Part shown: positions 18,052 through 27,900 of the stretch, in pieces
Layout of the letters: each line of letters begins with the position of its first letter
Numbering within the stretch: the stretch's first letter is position 1
Source: a virus
Taxonomy: Duplodnaviria > Caudoviricetes
Virus record (IMG/VR): IMGVR_UViG_3300035676_000001
Direction: 5' to 3' (one strand)
Length of the DNA: 64,000 bases
Position numbers and translations under genes: made by a program
Notes under the pieces: generated by a model
What the model was told of the DNA's origin: nothing
Database searches by the model: none
Seen by the model: the letters and a program-made list of their open reading frames with translations, nothing else

Positions 18052-18202
18052 CTTTAACAGGACAGATTGGAATAGTTTCTTTAATGGTCTGAATAATCTC
18101 TATCTTCTGCTGGTATGTGAGTCCAACAGTCTTCATAAGACGATTAATTAAAGCAATTGCTTCAGAACAACTGATGGTTGTTGCAAGTAACAAAGCAACC
18201 AT
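18017..18202 (-). CDS. Small hypothetical protein
   Basis: ORF track. Confidence 0.6.
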   Translation of the reverse strand: MVALLLATTISCSEAIALINRLMKTVGLTYQQKIEIIQTIKETIPICPVKVEKNERPKSRS

Positions 18203-18230
18203 AGGTTTCTCCTATTCTAATACTATTTAA

Positions 18231-18464
18231 TCACAGAAACTTCTCAAGATTTGAGGAGCTTTTCTTTTTCTTTGTTTTAATTTGCTTTTGAATGAAGGTT
18301 TTAGCGGATGAGTATGAGTTAGCAGTATGAACCTGCTGCCCGTCGTGAATAATCACAAACTTATTGTTCCCATAAGGGACTGCTGCCCACATCCCATCTT
18401 TGGTCACATAACCAGCAGGGTCTGAAGGTTTAGGATTCAGCAGCCCGTAGTTTGGAATGTTCAC
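18231..18464 (-). CDS. Conserved cyanophage hypothetical protein
   Basis: GYVTKDGMWAAVPYG. Confidence 0.7.
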   Translation of the reverse strand: MNIPNYGLLNPKPSDPAGYVTKDGMWAAVPYGNNKFVIIHDGQQVHTANSYSSAKTFIQKQIKTKKKKSSSNLEKFL

Positions 18465-18642
18465 AGGAAAGTAGGAGTCGCGTTGAGGATTTTAGCATTA
18501 GGATGCTGTGCAGAAGCGACTTGCTTTGCTTCCTGAAGACTGTTAGCGTAGCATTCGAACCACCAAGCTTTGCCGCCGACATAGAGTTGCACTTTGTACT
18601 TCATTGAAAATCTCCTTGTGTGTAAGTAGTATAGCAGAGAAA

Positions 18643-19878
18643 TCAGCGTTTGACCACGCTGATAGCAGGCAAACCCTGCTGGAACACGGTGTCCACCACC
18701 GCCTGCACCTTCCTAGCGGTGCTCACGCCCACTGCAGAGTAGACAGGGATGCAGACCAACCCAAACGACTTGGTGTAGTCTACAAGGCGCCCAGGGGCAA
18801 TCCTGCCGCTCTGGAGACCCTCTGCGTCGTCCTTGTGCAGGCGAATGACCCGCCCGATGGTCTGAGAAATACCAATGTAATCCATCGAACGCATAAACAG
18901 AACTGCCTCCAGACCAGACACATTGATACCTTCAGACAGAATGCTGTGGTGAAGAACAACGAACTTCTTGTCGTCATCCTTGCCCCATGCAGAGAGAGTG
19001 TCGAAGAACACCTCACGATTGACCTTCTGACCATCAATCACGGCACCAGTCTTGGAAGTAATATACATCCAAGAGAAGCCACGGTCTTCCAGTTGCTTAC
19101 AGAAATCAGTCTGAGAAACCAGACTCTGAATCTGCTTGGTTGCCTTAGAGCAAATCAGAACCTTACTCACATCCTGAGCATCGATGGTCTGAATCAGATT
19201 CTCACAGTCAACATCAGCAACAATCTGACCTTTACCCAGCATCTCAAACTGCTGCACCACAACCTTAGGGGGCACAATAAAACCACCCTCTACAAGTTCA
19301 GGAGCAGGGACATTACAAATCACCTGACCATACACTGCACCATCATTCATACCAGGCTTGGAAATAGTAGCAGAATGCTTAGGAGTAGCAGTGAAGAAAT
19401 AGCAGCGGTCAGCAGCAGAAGCGAAGTGCTCCGTAGCAGGGAAAAAGTGACGCTGAACGCTGTTGTGTGCCTCATCAAAGTAAATGGTATCAACCTTAAT
19501 ATCTGCCTGCTGAAGACGCTGCAGGGAGTTGTAGGTAGTGAAAATCAGTTGATGCTTATAAGCACGGCGAGACCAGTTGTGAATCTCAGAAGGTTTGGTC
19601 GTGCTGTAGTGATGAGTCTCACCACTGTGAACGTGCAGAACAGCAGCAGTCGTGATAAACTCAAGAAACTCAGAAGACAGTTGCTCAGCAAGCAGAATGC
19701 GAGGAGCAACAACTACAATAGTCTTAGGAGCATCAGATTGAAACTCACGCAGAGCATCAAAGATAGCGATGTTGGTCTTACCACCGCCAGTAGGAATAAT
19801 CACCTGACCTTTCTGATACTTAACAAGAGCATTCAGAGCGCGTTCTTGGTGAGGTCGGAGTTGAATCACAGGTCTCAT
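18643..19878 (-). CDS. Superfamily 2 (DEAD/DEAH-like, ResIII) helicase
   Basis: PTGGGKT Walker A, YFDEAH motif II, FTATP motif III, ILSEGINV, QTIGRVIR motif VI. Confidence 0.9.
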   Translation of the reverse strand: MRPVIQLRPHQERALNALVKYQKGQVIIPTGGGKTNIAIFDALREFQSDAPKTIVVVAPRILLAEQLSSEFLEFITTAAVLHVHSGETHHYSTTKPSEIHNWSRRAYKHQLIFTTYNSLQRLQQADIKVDTIYFDEAHNSVQRHFFPATEHFASAADRCYFFTATPKHSATISKPGMNDGAVYGQVICNVPAPELVEGGFIVPPKVVVQQFEMLGKGQIVADVDCENLIQTIDAQDVSKVLICSKATKQIQSLVSQTDFCKQLEDRGFSWMYITSKTGAVIDGQKVNREVFFDTLSAWGKDDDKKFVVLHHSILSEGINVSGLEAVLFMRSMDYIGISQTIGRVIRLHKDDAEGLQSGRIAPGRLVDYTKSFGLVCIPVYSAVGVSTARKVQAVVDTVFQQGLPAISVVKR

Positions 19879-19891
19879 CGCGTATAGGACT

Positions 19892-19947
19892 ATTATAGCA
19901 GAAAACCGCCCCTGGTGCGACCCAGTGGACGGTTCTTAAAGTGTCCT
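19892..19947 (-). promoter_or_regulatory. Early promoter of the helicase with palindromic box
   Basis: TATAAT 19892-19897; TGGACGGT-N6-AGTGTCCT 19926-19947. Confidence 0.7.
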
Positions 19948-20017
19948 AGAGCCCTTGTGTTCAACCTTAGCAAAGGTACTCTAGCAGTATTATGGTACTT
20001 ATGTCAAGTCTTAATCT

Positions 20018-20632
20018 TTAATCATAATAAAGAGGATCCATAGCACTATGAATAAAAAATGTAAAGGTTAATCTTCCAGTTTCTCTAGTTGTTCCAAAAG
20101 CATCAGAAAGACCGTGAATTCTATGTGATTCGTATGCAACTAAACGGTTATATTTGTTTTCTACATTCACAAATTCATTTTTTTCTGCATACAAGATAGA
20201 TGTTCCAGCATTTGGTGGTGCATCTGGAGTCAGATATACCAGTCCTGCTATGGGACAATCGTCTTGATGAAATTTATCTTGTGAAAAGAACGGGAGAGAT
20301 TTTAATGTTTCTTCAGTAGAAATATGAAAATAGGATGTTATTGTAAGTTCTTCATCACTAAATTCGTTGAATTTAAAATGATTTTTGCAGGCATCAAATA
20401 TCTTTTTAGAATACTTGATTAAAAGTTTTTGTTCCGAATAAAAATCTGAATTTATTTCCTGATTACAGCAAGGGCAGATAGTATTTAAACTACGAATTGG
20501 TAGTGTTCTCTCTCCTCTCCATCCAGTTCTTCCTCGATTATCATTACCGTATCTATAATTTCTAGAAAGAGCTATTTTTCTAATTTCATCTGGATCTTCA
20601 AAGAAATTATCAATGATAAGATTATTCAACAT
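20018..20632 (-). CDS. 2OG-Fe(II) oxygenase-like protein
   Basis: IIDNFFEDPD, HQD (HxD), AGLVYLTP, YNRLVAYESHRIHG, RLT. Confidence 0.8.
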   Translation of the reverse strand: MLNNLIIDNFFEDPDEIRKIALSRNYRYGNDNRGRTGWRGERTLPIRSLNTICPCCNQEINSDFYSEQKLLIKYSKKIFDACKNHFKFNEFSDEELTITSYFHISTEETLKSLPFFSQDKFHQDDCPIAGLVYLTPDAPPNAGTSILYAEKNEFVNVENKYNRLVAYESHRIHGLSDAFGTTRETGRLTFTFFIHSAMDPLYYD

Positions 20633-20669
20633 TTTTAAAAAGTATCAACTAAAAAATATTTATTTGCTC

Positions 20670-21149
20670 TTATTCCCAGGAAAAACTTAGAGTTACTCTA
20701 GGACCAGAAACTACTGGATTATGATAAAATCCTTTAGGTATGAGTAAACTATCACCTGGATTTAAAGTATATGTAGTTTCCTCACAAATATATGAGGTAC
20801 TTCCTATTGCTTGAACTAATAAGACATCTAAGTCATCACTATGATTTCCAAAAGTCATACTATTTTTTCCAAAAGAAATATAGGTGTGCATCACTTCAAC
20901 ACCACAATCCTTATTTACAGTTTCAAATGTTTCTCCTATAGTTCCAGGATAGTAGTCATTCATTAAAAAGAAAGTAGGTGGCGATGGTGTAGTAAAGCAA
21001 GATAATTCCGTAGCATTCTCATCAGATTTTGGTTGTCCATTAGATATTATTACCATATCTGAGCATTCTTTTGAGATTTTTTCAATAACATCATCCCAAG
21101 AAATATTCCTAGCAATAGGATATTTGTTTTCGGAAAAAATAATGCTCAT
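20670..21149 (-). CDS. JmjC/cupin-like oxygenase
   Basis: FGNHSDDLDVLLVQAIG...LNPGDSLLIPKGFYH...RVTLSF. Confidence 0.8.
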   Translation of the reverse strand: MSIIFSENKYPIARNISWDDVIEKISKECSDMVIISNGQPKSDENATELSCFTTPSPPTFFLMNDYYPGTIGETFETVNKDCGVEVMHTYISFGKNSMTFGNHSDDLDVLLVQAIGSTSYICEETTYTLNPGDSLLIPKGFYHNPVVSGPRVTLSFSWE

Positions 21150-21709
21150 TTTACCTCTAAATTAAAAGAAACAATTTTTCTAGGTTTATCCGAATTGCTT
21201 GGTAGTGTTTGGTGTAAAACATTCGCTGGAAAAAATATTATGGTTCCTTCAGTCACTTCTGGTGTAAAATACATATGAGAATAACTTAAAGAATCCATAA
21301 ATGGGGATATAAACTCAGTCGCAGTATGTATAGAAGGATCATATTCAATATAACAAACAGAACTCATCATTACATTACTCCCACAATGCTCATGAATGGG
21401 ATGAAACATATTTTTTATTTGTTCTTGAAACCAAGAATGTTTTATTGAACAATCACTAAAACCAAAAGATTTTTTCATATTGTTCAATTCTTCTTCAAAT
21501 ATGGATTGTATTGAATCATTTTGATTTGTGGACTCTTCACCAAAAAAAGAAGTCAGCATAAGTGGATCTGTACCCAGATCACAATTATCCATCAGTTCTA
21601 GTAACTTTTTCTTTTTATCTTTCCAATTACTAACCTCTAATTTAAGGTATGGTATAATAAACAAAGGTGTAATAGGAGCAATAAATTCATCAGATTGCTC
21701 AAGATTCAT
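21146..21709 (-). CDS. 2OG-Fe(II) oxygenase-like protein
   Basis: FHPIHEH, SSVCYI, EGTIIFFPANVLHQT...RKIVSFN. Confidence 0.8.
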   Translation of the reverse strand: MNLEQSDEFIAPITPLFIIPYLKLEVSNWKDKKKKLLELMDNCDLGTDPLMLTSFFGEESTNQNDSIQSIFEEELNNMKKSFGFSDCSIKHSWFQEQIKNMFHPIHEHCGSNVMMSSVCYIEYDPSIHTATEFISPFMDSLSYSHMYFTPEVTEGTIIFFPANVLHQTLPSNSDKPRKIVSFNLEVK

Positions 21710-22025
21710 TGTTTTTCATATTCTCAATTAAAGTATCAAACTTTTCGTCCATCCAATCTTTATTAGATTCTCCCCATTTTTCTAGAGGGCAAGAATCTAA
21801 TGAGAATTGAGCCTTATACTCCAAAAAACAACCACATTCAATGCATCTAACTTGTTCTGAATCGTATTTCTCACACTTTCTGCAAATTTCTAATCTCTGA
21901 TTCTTCACTTCATCAGAAACATGAAGTGCTCCAGTTGCTAGTGCATTCTTAATAAGTTCAAAAGAAAACTCAGCTAAATTTTTTCCTTGTTGAACTAAAG
22001 AGGGATAATTTTTTTCATCAGACAT
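21699..22025 (-). CDS. Small Cys-rich protein
   Basis: RLEICRKCE...CIECGCFL..KA....SCPLEKW. Confidence 0.8.
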   Translation of the reverse strand: MSDEKNYPSLVQQGKNLAEFSFELIKNALATGALHVSDEVKNQRLEICRKCEKYDSEQVRCIECGCFLEYKAQFSLDSCPLEKWGESNKDWMDEKFDTLIENMKNNES

Positions 22026-22054
22026 TTTGATATTTTTTCAGTTAAAATTATTTA

Positions 22055-23143
22055 TTATGGGTTATAAAGACCTTTAACTGTCGCTGAGTTGATTGTTCCT
22101 GTTACACTGTAATTTGATCCAGTAATTGCTCTTCCTGAAGAACCACCATTTCCAGTATTGGTAGTATTTCCACCTGATGCTGCCCAATCTCCACCCGATC
22201 CACCAGTTTCACCAGTCTGACCATTTCCCGGTGCAGTTCCATATGATCCTCCCGAAGTACAAGTACCACCAGCAGTTCCTGCAGAACCTGTTGCACCTGA
22301 TAAAGAACCTGATAGATTATTATACCCTCTACCAGGTCCACCATCCCCACCAACGCCACCGATGCCACCGCTAACTGAATATGTACGTTGGCATGTTTTA
22401 TACCAGTTGTTGGCTGCACAACCTCGTCTCCACTGACAACAATTATTCCATGAAGCAATTTGATTCCAACCACCTGGGCATGAATTGGAATTTTGTTGAC
22501 AACCGCTTCCAAAGGTCTGGGTTATAACGCAAGTTCCATTCGATCCATTTGCACCTGTCTTACCTTTTTCTCCTCCTCCGCCACCACCATAAATCTTTCC
22601 AGTTGATTGGACATTAACTACAAGATTTGAACCAGAACTATTTGTAATTGAAAGAGCATTTCCACCACTACCACCACTAATTGTTGCAGAGGTTCCGCCA
22701 GCACCTCCTGCACCATAAATGTTTCCAGAAACATCAATCGTTAAATTATATGCTGTAGAATTGAAATCGGCAGCAGAACTTCCAGTGCTGCTTGAACCAA
22801 TAGTTCCCTGAATATACATCCACTTTCTGATATTCTTGTTCAAGTTTGAGTTCCAAGTTTGAGCATCAATATCAAAATTAGTATCTGTACCAGTTTGTGT
22901 GATATAATAATACTTAATTGTATTTCTGAATTGAGAAAGTGCTAGATTACTTGCAGTAGAAATGGAAGCATTTTCTGTAGCATTGGGAACAACAGGATTT
23001 GTATTTGTTATGGTTGTATTTCTTCTTAATTCTGAAGCACTAATTGAACCCGAACCTGCTTCCTTAAAATTAGATCTTAAGGAACTAAATGAAATTGAAC
23101 CTGAGGAATAGTAGGGTCCTGCTTTGGTTACGGTTGCGCTCAT
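22055..23143 (-). CDS. Gly-rich virion/fibre protein with a Cys-rich insert
   Basis: GGGGGG and GGxGG tracts; insert CVIT...CQQNSNSC...NNCCQWRRGC...C. Confidence 0.75.
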   Translation of the reverse strand: MSATVTKAGPYYSSGSISFSSLRSNFKEAGSGSISASELRRNTTITNTNPVVPNATENASISTASNLALSQFRNTIKYYYITQTGTDTNFDIDAQTWNSNLNKNIRKWMYIQGTIGSSSTGSSAADFNSTAYNLTIDVSGNIYGAGGAGGTSATISGGSGGNALSITNSSGSNLVVNVQSTGKIYGGGGGGEKGKTGANGSNGTCVITQTFGSGCQQNSNSCPGGWNQIASWNNCCQWRRGCAANNWYKTCQRTYSVSGGIGGVGGDGGPGRGYNNLSGSLSGATGSAGTAGGTCTSGGSYGTAPGNGQTGETGGSGGDWAASGGNTTNTGNGGSSGRAITGSNYSVTGTINSATVKGLYNP

Positions 23144-23157
23144 ATTCTATACCCCTA

Positions 23158-24945
23158 TTAATGGAAATCTGTCCAACCTGTACCAGTATATCCTTGGAAT
23201 TTTGAAGTTGATGTATTGAAAATAATTGAACCAGTTGGTGTTTGACCAATTCCATTTCTAGTACTATCACCAATATTTGGAACAACCATTACTGGGCGAG
23301 TAGTGGCAGAACCAACATTTCCAAAATCAAATACTGCCTTTGGTTCGTAAGTGCTAAAACCAACACTACCACTAGAAAGATTTAAGTGACTATCATATAA
23401 ATCAATTACCGGTACTTGAACCTGCAAAGCAGCACCAGCTGGATCTAGATATGTTGTTCCTATTCCAACATTACCTGCAGGTATCAATATAGATCCATTT
23501 ATAGCAAGTAATTCAGATCCATAAAATGTAGTAGTTCCAATCCCCACTGAACCGAATAAACCTCTCTCATTTCTAGCATCAATATCTGCAATAGGATTTT
23601 GTACTCCTCCTAGTCCGATAGAAGATCCAGACGATACTACTATATTTCCTGTAGTTCTTAAATTATTGAATGTAGATATTCCACTTGCTGTATAGATATT
23701 GCTACCTGAAATTACGGGTGGAAATGTGAACGATGATATTGTTAAGGTTCCTTCAATCGTTACATCACCAGCAAAGGTAGATGTTCCAACAACATGTAGA
23801 TTACTTGTTGGATTTGTGATACCGATACCAAACTTACCATCATAAGTCAGCGAAGCTAATTCAGTATTTGATTGTCCATACAACCAAGCAAATCTACCAG
23901 TTCCTACACCAGCAGGACCAGCGTGTAGATATGTGTTAATATTTCCAGTATCATTATTAATGATATCAAGGGTCTTTAATGCACTTCCAAATCTCAATAC
24001 TGCAGTGCTCTTACCAACACCAACAGATTGACCAATGCTAATTCTTGCTTGTGAAGTATCGCTGATAACTTCTACAAGAGTTCCGTTTGATTTTCTAACT
24101 TGAACATCTGATGTTGGTACTGCGGTTCCAACACCAATTCTTCCAGATTCTAATGCTGCAAATGCTGTTCCACCAGTTCCAACATGAAGTAACTTGGAAA
24201 TTGTTGTGATACCTGATGGTGTTGCATTGACCTCAATACTATCAGCAATAATCTTTGTTGCAGTTACAACACCAACAGTAATATTTGGAGTTCCTGTAAG
24301 TGATTGTGCAGTGCTTGCTGTTCCAGTTACATTACCTGTTACATTTCCAGTTAAGTTACCAGTAACATTTCCGACAAAACTTGTTGCAGTTACGACTCCA
24401 GAAACATTAATATCTGATGGAAGTCTTGAGTTTGATAAAGTTCCCGAAGAAATGTTTGAAGCGTTAATAGAGGTTATATTTGAACCAACTCCATCAAAAC
24501 TAAACGCTGTTATTATACCAGAATATGTTGCACTTCCACTTGAGTTAAATGTAACACCAGTTCCAATTTGTAAGGTTCCTTGTGGATTTGTGGTTCCAAC
24601 ACCAACATTTGATGTTGTGGAAATATTTCCACCATTTACATACCATCCATCAATAGCAACTGCATAGATTCCAGTTAACCCAGAGGCACTTCCTGAGAAG
24701 GATGCTGCAGTAACAACTCCAGAAACTGATACTCCAGTTGCAGTTAGAAATCCAACTGTTGCTATACCAGCATATAGATTATTTGTTGTTACAAGACCGA
24801 CGACTTTAATGTTTCCACGAACATCCAAGAACTCGGTGGGAACCGAAGTTCCAATTCCCACCAGACCATTAGCGTTTACGATAAAGTTATCGTCGTCAAC
24901 CTGAACACCATTCCTAAGGTTAAATGACTTTCTATAATTTGCCAT
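23158..24945 (-). CDS. Tail-fibre-like structural protein
   Basis: Repeated G.VGIGT..P motifs, GNVT tracts. Confidence 0.8.
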   Translation of the reverse strand: MANYRKSFNLRNGVQVDDDNFIVNANGLVGIGTSVPTEFLDVRGNIKVVGLVTTNNLYAGIATVGFLTATGVSVSGVVTAASFSGSASGLTGIYAVAIDGWYVNGGNISTTSNVGVGTTNPQGTLQIGTGVTFNSSGSATYSGIITAFSFDGVGSNITSINASNISSGTLSNSRLPSDINVSGVVTATSFVGNVTGNLTGNVTGNVTGTASTAQSLTGTPNITVGVVTATKIIADSIEVNATPSGITTISKLLHVGTGGTAFAALESGRIGVGTAVPTSDVQVRKSNGTLVEVISDTSQARISIGQSVGVGKSTAVLRFGSALKTLDIINNDTGNINTYLHAGPAGVGTGRFAWLYGQSNTELASLTYDGKFGIGITNPTSNLHVVGTSTFAGDVTIEGTLTISSFTFPPVISGSNIYTASGISTFNNLRTTGNIVVSSGSSIGLGGVQNPIADIDARNERGLFGSVGIGTTTFYGSELLAINGSILIPAGNVGIGTTYLDPAGAALQVQVPVIDLYDSHLNLSSGSVGFSTYEPKAVFDFGNVGSATTRPVMVVPNIGDSTRNGIGQTPTGSIIFNTSTSKFQGYTGTGWTDFH

Positions 24946-24961
24946 CTTATATGGTTTTTAG

Positions 24962-27900
24962 TTATTTATCTGTAAGTTTCTGCTCAAGGTTTTCAACCTT
25001 CGCAGAAAGTTCTTTAATTGCCTCAACCAACAGTGGAACAATCTTATGATAGTCAACTGCGAGGTATCCATTATCTCTAGTTGTAACTGCTTCTGGAAGA
25101 ACCTCAAGAACTTCTTGTGCGATTACGCCAACATCGTTGCCTTCTTTACCAGACTTCTCATTCCAAGTATAAGTATTACCACTGATTGAGAGAACTTTAG
25201 CAAGTGGGTCTTCAATCGCAACAATATTATCTTTCAGTCTTTGGTCAGAAGTATAGAATGCTGTGATATCACCAACAACATTCAGTGCTCCACCAATATA
25301 AGCATTATCATTGGTTCTTAGTTCACCACTCGTATCGCAGAAGAGTGAAGCAGACCCAGTATTTGCAGCATTATAAAGAACAATATCGCCACCACTATTC
25401 AATCGTAGTGCTGTTCCACCACTTCCACCATTAATTGTTAGAATTCCTGTAAGAGTTGTATTTCCAGTGACTCCCAGAGTTCCGCCTACAGTTGTGTTTC
25501 CAGAAACTCCTAAAGTGCTTGAAAGTGTGGTAGCACCAGCAACTCCTAGAGTTCCACCAACATTCAGATTCTTACCAATTCCAACTCCACCAGCAACAAT
25601 TAAATCTCCAGTGGTAGTTGAAGTTGATTGTGTTCCTTGAGTAAGTCTTACACTATTGCTAAATGTTGATTGTGCCTTAATTCTAAGGTCGGCATTAAAG
25701 TTAACTGGACCATCAAACTGTGAAAGAACTTGACCAGAAGCTCCACCTTCAACCAGCAGTCTTTCCTTAACTGTTACCTCATCAAATACTGCACTTAGTT
25801 TTGATGGGTCTTGTCCAGTGACTGTTGGTGTTGGAATATCATAAGAAACAACCTCTCCACTGGATGCTGTCGTCTTGGTATTGCCGTTGAAGACATCACC
25901 ATTACTATTCATCGCAGTGTAAACTACAACACCACAGGAACGCTCCTGAGACTGTGCTAGGAAGTCCTCTCTTTCAGATAATGTCTTAACCTGAACTTGT
26001 GGAAGACCCGTTGAGTAGTTACCTGGACCATAACCAAGATATTCAAAGGTATGACCAGAAGCACGAAGAATAGAAGGTCTGTGGAACTCAATCGCAATTG
26101 GATTAATCTTACGAATCAGTGAGTTTGCATCGTGATTTTCTTGACGAGTTCCAAGAGCACCACGAATTACAGTTGCAGAAGCAGCATTACCACTGCTCGT
26201 AACTCTCATAATCTCATTATCAATTTGAATGTAAGAACCAAGAGTTAATCTATTCGCAATAGCACTAGCGCCACTTACACTGATTGATGTACCGCTTGTA
26301 ATTGCAGAAGTAAGAGTAAATGTATCATTATCATAGAATGGAACAGTTCTCGTCGCAATACTTTCACCACCAGCATCTGAAACTGCATCATTAGAGGATA
26401 GACCATGCTTCAGAATATATCCATTTGTTGCCGAAATTGACTGATTGGTTACGGCAGTAAATTGAGTTACATGAGTTTTCTCAAGAACTAAGAAATCTCC
26501 CAAGTTATTATTGCTAGAATTAATAACTCTAAACTTATTACCAGCAACCAGTCCGTGAGAAGAAGAAGTTGTGAATGTGGTAATACCTGTTGCAGAACTA
26601 TAAGTCGTTCCAGTAATTCTAGATGAAGGTCCAATTACAAAAGCATACTGACTTGATAGGATTGTTGGGTCTCCAGCAGTCTTAGCAATTGCAATTTGAT
26701 TCTTTGCAGAAACTGAAGTAATGCGATAGTATCCGTCAGCAGTTGTTCCAGCACCAGTAAACTGAACAACATCACCGATATTTGTAGAAATACCAGCAGT
26801 TGCTACGGTAACATAAGCATTTGCAGTTCCACCAATCTTCGCAGTATCAAAATAGAGTGTCTCACCATTGGTGTATCCAGAACCACCTGCCTGAATATCG
26901 ACACCAACAACAGCACCACCAGATACTACAACCTTCGCAGTTGCACCATCCCAGTTAGATAGACCTGCTTCATTGTATAGTTTAACATTATAGAAGGTTC
27001 CGTTAGTGTGCCCAGAACCGCCTGTAAGAGCATTGTAGGTAGCAATACCAGCAAGACCGTGATTTCTTCCAAAAGTAATCGTTGCGCTGCTTGTGCTGGA
27101 GGATACGGAAGAGATTGTGAGACCAATACCAACCTCCTTTAACATTAAGTCAGATGCTTCTCTAGTAATGCTCTTCTTCAAATCATTGGTTGTAACATCA
27201 CCAATTGGAGCACGCTTAGCGAATGTTTTTGCTGCTGGTGGGTTTGCCTCAGCATTATCTCTATCCAACTGAGGATAAAGGTCTACTGGAGATTGACTAA
27301 ACTTAAGATTAGTAAACTCCGCAGTCATTGCGTTGCTAGCATCTAAAACATAGAGATGATAGATACCATCCTGAGTGTTATAGATGTATGGAGAAATAAC
27401 TTCATTTCTGTAGACATAGAAATTACCCTGAAGGTCATTTCTTTCAAATCTTGGAAGATTCGTATCTCTTACATTTACATTATTAGTAAATGTTCCTGGA
27501 GTATGAGCAATTCCGAAAGTATCAGTCGTAGAATAATTGAAAGTTACATCATCAGTGACGGCAACTGTAAATCTACCGTTATAACCTAGATTATCTTCAC
27601 CAGTTGTGTTATCAGAGCTCGTTACATTTCTGATGATAACAATATCACCAGTTTGTAGATTGTGTGGTAGTTCCGCAACAGCAGTAACTCTATTGGAACT
27701 TACTGAACAAGTGCTGATAAATCTTGGATTCTTATTATATCCATAATCGGTGCTAGCAATGCTTGTTCTAGTAAAGTCAGCATCATTTCTAGCTCCAGTA
27801 GAGCTTGAGGTTTGAATTACGAATCCATTCTCAGGGTCCTTCGCATTTGATAGTTCCTTAGGAATTACAACTCTAAGTTTGTAGAGTTTCTCGTCAAGAC

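Noticed and set aside
18604-19887. 427-aa plus-strand ORF
   Set aside because: Exact antisense shadow of the helicase, explained by codon bias
19946-20007. Hairpin CTAGAG...CTCTAG upstream of the helicase as a separate ncRNA
   Set aside because: One arm overlaps the -10 of the putative promoter, there is no U-tract, and the stem is short and imperfect
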